Of a stretch of DNA of 64,000 nucleotides, positions 38,376 through 49,530 are shown in pieces. Every line of letters begins with the position of its first letter. Positions within the stretch are counted from its first letter, which is position 1. The position numbers were made by a program, and so were the translations under genes. The notes under the pieces are model-generated. The model was given only the letters and a program-made list of their open reading frames with translations. It made no database searches and was not told the origin of the DNA. This DNA is from Octopus sinensis (Eukaryota): contig NC_043010.1 of the NCBI RefSeq assembly GCF_006345805.1, positions 9,982,001 through 10,046,000 of the forward strand. The letters run 5' to 3'.

Positions 38376-38579
38376 TACATGTGAGTTCTCTAGACATCCT
38401 AGTGGTTGAGGCTATACTCATGTAATGTAGATAATTAAGTAACATAAACAGATTTCCAAAGTTTAAAGAACTTTAAAGAACTTTAATGAACTTTGGAAAT
38501 CTGTTTATGTTACTTAATTATCTACATTACTTCATGAGTATAGCCTCAACCACTAGGATGTCTAGAGAACTCACATGTA

Positions 38580-38670
38580 TTTTAGCTGATGAGTACGGGA
38601 CACGTTTATATGCTGTAATTTTTACAACTTTTAATAAAGCCTGTCCTTGTATGAAACGATTGTACTAAAA
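38580..38670 (+). ncRNA. Type I hammerhead ribozyme motif (right arm)
   Basis: UUUUAG-CUGAUGA-GUACGGGACA...UGUCCUUGUAU-GAAA-CGAUUG-UA-CUAAAA; 6-bp stem I, intact core, GUA triplet. Confidence 0.8.
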
Positions 38671-38821
38671 ACCTATCCATTCTTGTTGCTTCTTTCTCGC
38701 TTATAATCACCCACCCCACATTACTGTATTGTTAAAACAGTATAGTTTTTTTTTGGTGCATCTAAGTTAGGTACCATATTCAAGTAATTCATTTAAATTA
38801 ACTTGAATCTTTATTGCTTTT

Positions 38822-38857
<36 letters not shown>

Positions 38858-38927
38858 TGAATTGAAGAAATGGAGCTGAACGCAGATTGAACAGAAATCG
38901 TTTTATTTCATTCTACACGTGTTTCAC

Positions 38928-39015
<88 letters not shown>

Positions 39016-39139
39016 AAAATGTATAGGATATGTTATATATATATATATATCATATATACATATGGATATAATATATATATGTATGTATGTGTGAATATAT
39101 ATATGTGTGTGTGTGTGTATATATATACAAACATACCTT

Positions 39140-39612
39140 ATGCATACATACATACAGTCATCCATCCATCCATATATGCATGCATGCATACATGCATACA
39201 TACATACATACATACATACATACAATCATACATGCATGCATACATACATACAAACATACATACATGCAGACATACATGCATACATACATACATACATACA
39301 TACATGCATACATGCATGCATGCATACATACATACATGCATGCATGCATGCATACATACATACATACATACATACATACATACACACACATACATACATA
39401 CATGCATACATACATACATACATACATACATGCATACATACATACATACATGCATGCATACATACATGCATGCATGCATACATACATACATACATACATA
39501 CATACATACATACATGCATACATGCATGCATACATACATACATACATACATACATACATACATTCATACATACATACATGCATATACACATACATACATT
39601 CATACATACATA
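39140..39612. repeat. (CATA/CATG)n microsatellite
   Basis: Visible tetranucleotide array. Confidence 0.95.
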
Positions 39613-40542
39613 GCACTGGAAAACGGTGACAGTTCTGGTAAGAGTTCTGATTGACGGATTGTATAAGCAATTAGAAGAGACAATAAAATCATTCACTTTC
39701 CTTGGTTCAATCAGAAGATTCTCTGCCGCCACCATCATCAGTCGCATCACCATTTGTTTTCTAGGAATTGCTGAAAAATTTCATCACATTTCTCCAAACT
39801 AGTTACGTAGACAATTTCAAATAACTAGTACAGGCATGCTCCACATTATGGAAGCATTGCATTCTTGAAAATCTTGTCATAACATGGAATTCAGAAATGC
39901 AAAAGTTATTTTGATATTGACTACAATGTTATGTAATGTGGTTACATGAGCTCTCATGTTGTGTAACATGGTTATATGAACTTACATCCTGCATAACATG
40001 GTAGTCAATAGGAAGATGAATTTGATGCTAAGAAATTCCACATTATGACCGGATTTTTCAGGAATATTATGCTTCTAGAATATAGAGGATTCCCATAGTT
40101 TGGAGTGATTTTTTTTCTTTAGTATTTAGTCAAGGGAGGAGGTATTGCCCGTTAATGTTTGTGAACGTTATATGGCCTCTGAGATTAGTAGGAGGGAGGG
40201 AAAACAACTGAAAACCTGATCTAAATGTTTGCAACAGAGTAGACTCTTCTAAAGTTACTCAAGGCATGAGGCAGTGGTGTTAAACCAGGTGTGTATATTT
40301 GCATGTGCATGTATATATAAGTATATATATATATTTATACATATATATATGCGTATGTATATATATATATTAATCAAATTGTACAGTATTATATATTCAT
40401 TGCAGCCAATCTTACCAATCGGTTTCACACTAGGGTTTCAACGGAGGTTTAGGTAACAGTCCGATTATGTAACCCTGCACTCTTCAGAGGTAGCTGTTAT
40501 GGAATGAGACATGGCAACTGTTTTCTCTCTCTCTCTCTCTCT

Positions 40543-40580
<38 letters not shown>

Positions 40581-41280
40581 GCACACACATATGTATATCT
40601 GTGAAGGATTGTGGTTTAGTGGTTAGGGAATTTGGCTCATTATTGTAAGGTCATGAGTTTGAGTCCTGGTGACACATTATGTCATTGAGCAAGACAATTT
40701 TTTTCACATTTTTCCAGACCACTCAGTTTGTTAAAAAAAAAGTAGTGCCTGTAATCCGAAAGGCCAGCTTTGTCACATTCCGTGTGATGTTGAATCTCCC
40801 TAAGGACTACTTTAAGGGTATGTGTGTCTGTGGAGTGCTCAGCCACTTGCATGTTAATTTCATGAGCATGTTGATCCGTTGATCAGATCAACTGGAAATA
40901 TCATTGTCATGTCATAACCGGTAAAGTGCCAGTTTTGATCCGGATGAAGACTTAAGTCGAACAGCAAATTAGGGTACAGTAGGATTTGAACTCAAAATGC
41001 AAAGGCCTGGAACAAATACCATAAAGCATCTGGTCTGACGTTCTTATGGTTCTGCCAATATGTCAACTCAGATGGGTACATTTTTATCAGCCCTAAAAGA
41101 ATAAAAAGCAAAGTTGACCTCAACAGGATTTGAACTCAGAATGTAAAAATAAGCCAGAACAAATACTGTAAAGTATTCCCTTGCTGTTCTATCAAATCTG
41201 CCAATTCACTGCCTTTGTTGTTGTTGTGACTGTTGTTGTTATTGTTATAGTTGTTTAGCCTCTGTGTTATTCATGGCAAT

Positions 41281-41380
41281 NNNNNNNNNNNNNNNNNNNN
41301 NNNNNNNNNNNNNNNNNNNNNNNNNNNNNNNNNNNNNNNNNNNNNNNNNNNNNNNNNNNNNNNNNNNNNNNNNNNNNNNN
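41281..41380. other. Assembly gap (100 N)
   Basis: Run of n. Confidence 1.
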
Positions 41381-41779
41381 TGCAAGGACCATTCTAGCTC
41401 CATAGATCCTTGTTAGTTCATACTTTATATTATATAATGGTGGTTATAAGCAGAAATAAAATAATGAGCTGGCAGAAACATTAGCATGTCAGAGGAAATG
41501 CTTATCAGGATTTTTCTATCCTGCTGCTATCAGGATAGATCTATCTATCTATCTATCTATCTAAGTATCTATCTCTAGATAGATAGATAGACAGACAGAC
41601 AGATAGATACATACATAGATACATACATAGATACATACATACCTACATACATGCATGCATACATACATACATACATACATACTATCATGCATTTATGTAT
41701 GTATGTTTGCACGTTGCTGGAAGCTCTTGGCTTTAAAGTTATCACAAAAGACCCAGTTGGAGGTCCAGCCTTCTGAGTT

Positions 41780-41870
41780 CTTTTACAGGACTTAGAAAAA
41801 CTGAAGGACCACTGCCATAGGTGTATGAATCTGAGAGGGTAACATGTTGAATAAAATCATAATTAATTGA
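41780..41870 (+). mobile_element. Mariner transposase C-terminal remnant
   Basis: LQDLEKLKDHCHRCMNLRG*HVE* resembles the W.RC....GEYVE end of mariner transposases. Confidence 0.55.
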
Positions 41871-42667
41871 CCCTCCTGTGCTTCCTTTTACCGAAAGCCA
41901 ACATCTTTTCAGCACCTACCTCATGTATATATATATGTATGATTTACTAATTTTATTATGAAGTTGATATTTTTAGACCATAACTGACCCTCTTTCGGTT
42001 ATGATGACATGTGTTCCAGTTGATCTGTTCAACGGAACAGCCGGCTCATGAAATTAACCTGCAAGTGGCTGAGCGCTCCACAGACAAGCATGCCCTTAAT
42101 GTAGTTTCCAGGGTGATTCAGTGAGACACAAGATGATGAGGTTGGCTCTTTAGACTACAGGTATGACTGATTTTTCCCTGCTGAGTTGACTGGAGTAATA
42201 CGAAAGGAAATGTCTTGCTCAATAAAAAAAAAATGATAATGCATTGCCAGAAATTGAACTCATGGTTTTATGATTACAAGCCAAATACCCTAACCACTAA
42301 ACCACATGGCTTCAGAGCCTAGAGCAAAATTGATAGAAAAATTATTACATAGAAATATTTTTAAAAGCTTTAATTCATATATAAATCCTTTAGAACATTT
42401 TTTTATCATAGAACTGGGAGCAGCCTCAGGTGGAATGGTACTAAAAGGGTTAATAACATTATTTAGAGCAGCCTTGAGGGAAGGGACCTTTATCTTGGTA
42501 TCAGAGATAATGAAGACTAAATCTTGGATTAAAGAATTTCTCTTACATTAGAGAAAGTAAGAAAACCATGCAAAACTTCACTAGTATGATGGCAATATAA
42601 TATTTCGGTAAAAATTCTGAACCAATTTTTTATTGCAGTAATCAAAACCAAGGGCAATGGTGATTAC

Positions 42668-42724
42668 TAAAGCATTTTATTTCAGTCCAATCAACTTTAG
42701 GGATCTTATCTTTTGGAAATTGGC
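42668..42724 (-). CDS. Candidate exon, 57 nt, phase 1-1: (G)QFPKDKIPKVDWTEIKCF
   Basis: Acceptor tttgcattctcctcttag, donor tta|gtaatc; open frame. Confidence 0.5.
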
Positions 42725-43452
42725 CTAAGAGGAGAATGCAAATAGTTGAGAAACATATTTTGCTGTGAAATGATAAGTGTGGGGACATCAAAGGTTTCAT
42801 CATGATTGAAATTTCATCATTCTTTTTTCTTTCAAAACTTCGAGAAAGGCATTTACATACTAAAATATAATATAATATAATATTATATATATATATATAT
42901 AATATATATATTATATATATATATATAATATGTATATTTAGTGTAGGAAGAAATATATATATATATAATATACATATATATATATGTATATTGTAAAAAC
43001 AAAATTGTTTGGTGTTCTTATTTCATTCACACATGCATCCAAACACACACACACACATGCGTGCGCACACACACACACACACACATACACACACACATAC
43101 ACATATGCACACACATATACACATGCATGCACGTACACACAATATATATATATTTAGTTTGATTAGAATCTCAACAATTTCAATAAGGCATTCAGAATAT
43201 AAACTCTGTAAAGTACATACATAATATGTATATTTATTATGTTATATATCATATATATATGTATATGTATATACATATATATATATATATATATTATATA
43301 ATATAATTATATATATATATATATATTACATATATGTGTGTGTGTATACATACATACACATATTATATACATATATTGTGCTATGTGCTATGTGTTGTGT
43401 GGAAGTGTGTTTGCATGTGTACACATATAAGTGTATAATAGTGTAATATACG

Positions 43453-43486
<34 letters not shown>

Positions 43487-43487
43487 C

Positions 43488-43531
<44 letters not shown>

Positions 43532-43902
43532 GTCTATCTAACTATCTATGTATATACACACACAAACACATGCACATATATATATAAATATATTTATACA
43601 CACATACACATACATGTATATATAAATGCATGTGTGCACAAACAAAGCACTTACACACACATATATATATATGCTTGTTGTGTGTGTGTGCATATGCATG
43701 CAGCTGCACAAATGTAAATAAATGCATATTTATGTATATTTATGTGTAAATCGGCTACGTATAAATCCATATATGTGTGACTGAATATGTGCATGTGTGT
43801 GTGCATATGTTGGTATATATGTATATGTATGCACACACACGCATATATAATAATTATATATATAATAAATGATCAAAATAAAAACATGATGCCAAGGATT
43901 CA

Positions 43903-43980
43903 GCGGTACATATGTTTCGGGCCTTTATTAGACAGATTTATAACAATGCATAATGTATGTCTGTGGCCTTCTTCAGCCGC
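43903..43980 (-). ncRNA. Type I minimal hammerhead, unit 1
   Basis: GCGG-CUGAAGA-A-GGCC...GGCC-C-GAAA-CAUAUG-UA-CCGC. Confidence 0.8.
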
Positions 43981-44072
43981 GCACAACAGCTTCCACAAGG
44001 ACGTGTGTTACATCAACCTACACCACCAAACGGTATACACAGGTGCTTATAATTATCAAGTACTCACCCCGA

Positions 44073-44108
<36 letters not shown>

Positions 44109-44141
44109 TGATCAAAATAAAAACATGATGCCAAGGATTCA

Positions 44142-44219
44142 GCGGTACATATGTTTCGGGCCTTTATTAGACAGATTTATAACAATGCATAATGTATGTC
44201 TGTGGCCTTCTTCAGCCGC
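44142..44219 (-). ncRNA. Type I minimal hammerhead, unit 2
   Basis: Same sequence as unit 1. Confidence 0.8.
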
Positions 44220-44313
44220 GCACAACAGCTTCCACAAGGACGTGTGTACAAATCAACCTACAACCACCAAACGGTATACACAGGTGCTTATAATTATCAA
44301 GTACTCACCCCGA

Positions 44314-44346
<33 letters not shown>

Positions 44347-44380
44347 TTGATCAAAATAAAAACATGATGCCAAGGATTCA

Positions 44381-44458
44381 GCGGTACATATGTTTCGGGC
44401 CTTTATTAGACAGATTTATAACAATGCATAATGTATGTCTGTGGCCTTCTTCAGCCGC
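44381..44458 (-). ncRNA. Type I minimal hammerhead, unit 3
   Basis: Same sequence as unit 1. Confidence 0.8.
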
Positions 44459-44731
44459 GCACAACAGCTTCCACAAGGACGTGTGTTACATCAACCTACA
44501 CCACCAAACGGTATACACAGGTGCTTATAATTATCAAGTACTCACCCCGAATTTCTAAAATATATATAATAATATATAATATATATATATATATATAAAG
44601 AAAATCATCTATTATCCGAAATTTGGTGTCTTATATATATTTTATACATATTATGAGTACAATATCTGCAATAGTCAGTAAATAAGCAGACAGACAGACA
44701 GACAGACAACAGACAGACAGACAGATAGACA

Positions 44732-44770
<39 letters not shown>

Positions 44771-45344
44771 TCACACACTCATTCACACACACGTATATGT
44801 GTGTGTTGCCAGAGATAAATTCATGCCTGTTCTTCTAAAATTTTTATCCTGGACAGAGATAAACTGTGATTATCGAGGAAAAAAACAAAAAAAAACAAAT
44901 AAAAAAGAGAAAGAAAAACCGAAACTGGTGTTGCATCCAGCAATCTCACACACCTATTGTTTATTAAATGTTGAGGCTTCATATGGATATTTACCTGCAT
45001 GTTTAATGTCCTTGTAATTCATCTCCTCCCCTCCTCGTCCTCCTCTCTCTCTCTCTCTTTCTCTTCTGCTCTTTTCCTTTCTCATTACTATTATTGGATC
45101 ACCAATCAATATATTATTATTGTAGTCTGGATAAAGGCAGTGGAGTGAGATATAGAAAGTGTGTAATACCTGACAGACTAAACAACTTGCAATATTTACT
45201 TTCTGCTTTCACAATCATCTGAATACAGATTGGTCACACAAGGTGTAGCTTTGCCTTCAGTTAAGCTTTCTCCAGTCAGTCAAGCTTTGCCTTTCAGAGT
45301 GGCTTAGTGGTTAGGGCATTCTGCTCATGGTTATCAGATTGCAA

Positions 45345-45917
45345 GGCGGCGAGCTGGCAGAAATGTTAGTACTCCGGGTGAAATGTGTAGCCGTATTTTG
45401 TCTGTTGTTACGTTCTGAGTTCAAATTTCGCCGAGGTCGACTTTGCCTTTCACCCTTTCGGGGTTGATAAATTAAGTACCAGTTACGCACTGAGGTTGAT
45501 GTAATCGACTTAATCCGTTTGTCTGTCCTTGTTTGTCCCCTCTGCGTTTAGCCCCTCATGGGTAGTAAAGAAATATATATATATATGTACATTCACACAC
45601 ATACACACATATGTATAAATATATATATGTCTATATTATATAATATATATATGTGACTGTGTATGTGTATATATATGATATATATGGTGGCAAGCTGGCA
45701 GAAACGTTAGCACGCCAGGTGAAATGTGTAGCCATATTTCGTCTGCCGTTACGTTCTGAGTTCAAATTCCGCCGAGGTCGACTTTGCCTTTCATCCTTTC
45801 GGGGTCAATAAATTAAGTACCAGTTACGCACTGGAGTTGATGTAATCGACTTAATCCGTTTGTCTGTCCTTGTTTGTCCCCTCTGCGTTTAGCCCCTTGT
45901 GGGTAGTAAAGAAATAG
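45345..45917 (+). mobile_element. Two adjacent SINE family B copies (45345-45575 and 45686-45917)
   Basis: Both full length, separated by a (TA/CA) microsatellite. Confidence 0.9.
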
Positions 45918-46244
45918 GATATCAGATTGTAAGTTCGATTCCCAGTGGGAGCATTGTGTCCTTGAGCAAGAAACTCTATTTCTTGTTTCTACAGTCCGCT
46001 CAGGTGGCAAAAATGACTTGTACCTGTAATTCAAATGGTCGACCTTGTCACACTATGTGTCATACTGAATCTCTCAGGTAACTATATTAACCCTTTAGCA
46101 TTTAAACTGGCCATATCTGGCCCAACTGTTCTACCTGTCTTATATGCAAACTGCCCAGATCCAGCCTCTCCTACCTATCCTACAATGCCATTCTAAAAAT
46201 GAATGATCACATCTTCAAAATCTTGAAACCACAAGATAATATAC

Positions 46245-46648
46245 TCTCTTTCTACTCTTCTACTTGTTTCAGTCATTTGACTGTGGCCATGCTGGAGCAC
46301 CACCTTTTAGTCGAATCATATCGACCCTGGGACTTATTCTTTGTAAGCCTAGTACTTATTATATCTGTCTCTTTTGCCGAACCACTAAGTTACGGGGACG
46401 TAAACACTACAGCATCAGTTGTCAAGCAATGCTAGGGGCACAAACACAGACACATGCACACATACATATACATACACATATATACGATGGGCTTCTTTCA
46501 GTTTCTGTCTACCAAATCCTCTCACAAGGCTTTGGTCGGCCCGAGGCTATAGTAGAAAGCACTTGCCCAAGGTGCCACGCAGTGGGACTGAACCTGGAAC
46601 CATGTGGTTGGTAAGCAAGCTACTTATCACACAGCCACTTCTGCGCCT
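46245..46648 (-). mobile_element. SINE family A
   Basis: Full-length match. Confidence 0.9.
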
Positions 46649-46842
46649 ATGTGATTAATTTTTTAAAATGTGGATAAATAAGCATTACTTTTGATAAGTC
46701 AATCTGAATGCTAAAGGGTTAAGGGTATGCATGTCTGGAGTACTCAGCCACTTGCAAATTAATTTCACAAGCCGGCTGTTCTATTGATGTGATTTACTGT
46801 AACACTCATTGTTGTAAATGATGGAGTTCCAGCCCCTTTGCA

Positions 46843-47310
46843 GCCTAGCTTTACCTTTCATCCTAACTTTACCTTTCAGTCTAGACTTACCTTTGAACCT
46901 AGATTTACCTTTCGACCTTGCTTTACCTTTTGACCTAGCTTTACCTTTTGATTTAGCTTTACCTTTTGACCTAGCATTACCTTTTGACCTAGCTTTACCT
47001 TTTGATTTAGCATTACCTTTTGACCTAGCTTTACCTTTTGACCTAGCTTTACCTTTTGATTTAGCATTACCTTTTGACCTAGCATTACCTTTTGACCTAG
47101 CTTTACCTTTTGATTTAGCATTACCTTTTGACCTAGCTTTACCTTTTGACCTAGCTTTACCTTTTGATTTAGCATTACCTTTTGACCTAGTTTTACCTTT
47201 TGACCTAGCTTTACCTTTCGACCTAGCTTTACCTTTCAGCCCAGCTTTACTTTTCGATCTAGCTTTACCTTCCAACGTAGCTTTACCTTTCAGCTTAACT
47301 TTGCCTTCAA
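46843..47310 (-). repeat. 18-bp minisatellite, 26 units, indel-free, encoding KGKARS-type hexapeptides on the minus strand
   Basis: Minus unit aaaggtaaagctaggtca; lies within ORF 46781-47437. Confidence 0.95.
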
Positions 47311-47346
47311 GTATATCAAACAATGCTTCATGTAAACTATACCACT
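47287..47346 (-). CDS. Candidate exon (shortest form), 60 nt, phase 1-1: WYSLHEALFDILEGKVKLK; may extend through the 18-bp array to 46891
   Basis: Acceptor ttttttaatcttatcctattcag; first donor aag|gtaaag; best donor aag|gtaagt at 46891. Confidence 0.5.
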
Positions 47347-47445
47347 CTGAATAGGATAAGATTAAAAAATCAAGGAAGCTGGTGATGGTATGTGCTGACA
47401 ATAATTTGCTAATAAAAGTGTTTATAGAATAATTCAATGACTGTC

Positions 47446-47860
47446 TCTTTTACTCTTTTACTTGTTTCAGTCATTTGACTGCGGCCATACTGGAGCACCA
47501 CCTTTAGTCAAGCAAATCGAGCCCAGGACTTATTCTTTGTAAGCCTAGTACTTATTCTATCAGTCTCTTTTTGCCAAACCGCTAAGTTACGAGGACGTAA
47601 GCACACTAGCATCGGTCATCAAGTACCAGTTACGCACTGGGGGTTGATATAATCGACTTAATCTGTTTGTCTTTGTTTGTCCTCTCTGTGTTTAACCCCT
47701 TGTGGATAGTAAAGAAATAGGTATTTCATATGTCTTTATGTTCTGAGTTCAATTTCTACTGAGGTCGACTTTGCCTTTCATCCTTTCAGGGTCGATAAAT
47801 TAAGTACCAGTTGCCTACTGGGATCGATCTAATCAAATGACTCCCACCCCAAAAATTTCG
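47446..47860. mobile_element. Cluster of SINE A and SINE B fragments
   Basis: A-type tail and body to about 47620, followed by two B-type fragments. Confidence 0.75.
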
Positions 47861-48127
47861 AACCTTGGACCTAAAGTAAAAATGAATAATATCATGAGAA
47901 AGCAAAGTGCTTTCAATTCTATCAGTATACAAGAGGCCCTCAAAGGACCATCTGTGATTAAAGTGACCCACAATGTAATTCAAGTTAGCCAGGCCTGGTT
48001 TAGTCAAACAAATTGACCCAAGTGCTTATTTTCCTTAATTCTAGTAGCACTTATACCATTCCTATTTTGTTCATATTTTGTTTTATATTTTTAGTTCTGA
48101 ATATTTTATTTGTAACACATTGCTTAC

Positions 48128-48187
48128 TGCTAATGAGAAACTTATGATCACCAGTAAAAGTGCAGCCTCTTTTGTATGAAACAGAGA
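48128..48187 (-). CDS. Candidate exon, 60 nt, phase 1-1: SVSYKRGCTFTGDHKFLIS
   Basis: Strong donor gca|gtaagc, weak acceptor ttgttgaaaacag; the phase-0 frame is also open. Confidence 0.35.
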
Positions 48188-48723
48188 CTGTTTTCAACAA
48201 ATATTTGAAATCAATTATGGTGCTAAGGTAACAAAACTCAGCTGATTCTTCCTAAAATTATTCTGAGCATGACATGATCTATGAGTCACAGTTGGCTGAA
48301 ATATTACTAAGTCAATCAAATGCCAGCCTCTTAATTAAAAGGGCTACATATAATTGGCATGCCATTACCATTACTGTCATAGGTTTACAGTCCACCTTTA
48401 CAGATACAGTGTGCTTATTCATATTGCTAGAAATGGCAGTCAAATCTTTCTCAAATTATAACCCCAGCATTTCAAAATACAAAGTAGACATTGGATAAGG
48501 CAGTCCTAAATGTCTGACAAGAAATAGATGGGACTGTCATGGCTGGAAAGCATTTGATCATAGGCCTGCTCAGACATGGCTAACTGAGGGCTAAACAACA
48601 AGACCAACAACAAAAGAATAGCAATGACAACAACACATTGACTAATAAGTTTCACCATTCACTCCGCTAGAAGTAGCAGCCAAATATCCTTCAAATTATA
48701 CTCCACAGGATATACTCTTTTAC

Positions 48724-48766
48724 TTTTGTAGATAGAAATTAGGTAAATTTGACATAAAAGCCTCAT
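48724..48766 (-). CDS. Possible start-codon segment MRLLCQIYLISIYK within a candidate exon 48724-48833
   Basis: Strong acceptor ttcttttctttttcag at 48834; all frames are closed upstream of ATG 48766; donor aaa|gtaaaa in phase 1. Confidence 0.25.
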
Positions 48767-49234
48767 CTCAGAAGTGAAATTTGGGACGTGAATTTGTGGC
48801 TGTCATTCTGAACAATTCATAATAAATCTTTGACTGAAAAAGAAAAGAACATCATACTTTATATATCTTGCATCTTTTACTTGTTTCAGTCATTAGACAG
48901 TGGCCATCCTGGGGCACCACCCTAAAGAGTTTAGTTGAACTAATTGACCTCAGTACTATTTTTTTCTTTTTTTTAAGCCTGGAACATATTGTATCGATAT
49001 TTCCTTGCTGAACTACTAAGTCATGGTAACAGAAACAAGCAAATGCCAGTTGTCAAGTGGTGGAAGATTAACAGAAACAAAAATACACACACATAGATAC
49101 ATGCCCACCAACACACATATACACATGCATGCACACATGCACGCACACACACACACAAACACATGCACATACATATGTATATGCATGTATACACATGTAT
49201 ATATATTATATATATGTATGGATATATACACACA

Positions 49235-49457
49235 AGCACCAGTGCTGGTGCCATGTAATAGTACTGGTAGTAGTGCCACAGGAAAAATATCCAGTACACT
49301 CTGTAAAGTGGTTGGCATTAGGAAGAGCATCCAGCCATAGAAACCATGCCAAAACAGCCAATTGGGGACTGGTGAAGCTCTCTGACAAGCCAGATCTGGT
49401 AAAAACCATCCAACACATGCCAGTATGAAAAGCAGTTGTTAAATGATGATGATAATG

Positions 49458-49528
<71 letters not shown>

Positions 49529-49530
49529 AG
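49235..49530 (+). mobile_element. Diverged family C / RTE-tailed SINE with (GAT)n tail
   Basis: ggttggcattaggaagagcatccagccatagaaac...gttgttaaatgatgatg. Confidence 0.7.

Larger units (their letters stand above)
38255..38700. repeat. 446-bp near-perfect palindrome with a hammerhead in each arm
   Basis: Arms of about 210 bp are identical by eye except one 3-bp indel; 25-nt spacer at 38464-38488. Confidence 0.95.
43871..44556 (-). repeat. Three tandem 239-bp units, each with a hammerhead motif (retrozyme-like array)
   Basis: Units start at 43871, 44110 and 44349, joined by (TA)n. Confidence 0.95.

Noticed and set aside
46781-47437. Standalone protamine-like or histone H1 gene (218-aa ORF)
   Set aside because: The ORF has no ATG start in the genomic sequence (TTG), its N-terminus is intron-like polypyrimidine sequence, there is no winged-helix domain, and its end runs into a dispersed repeat; treated as an exon extension instead.
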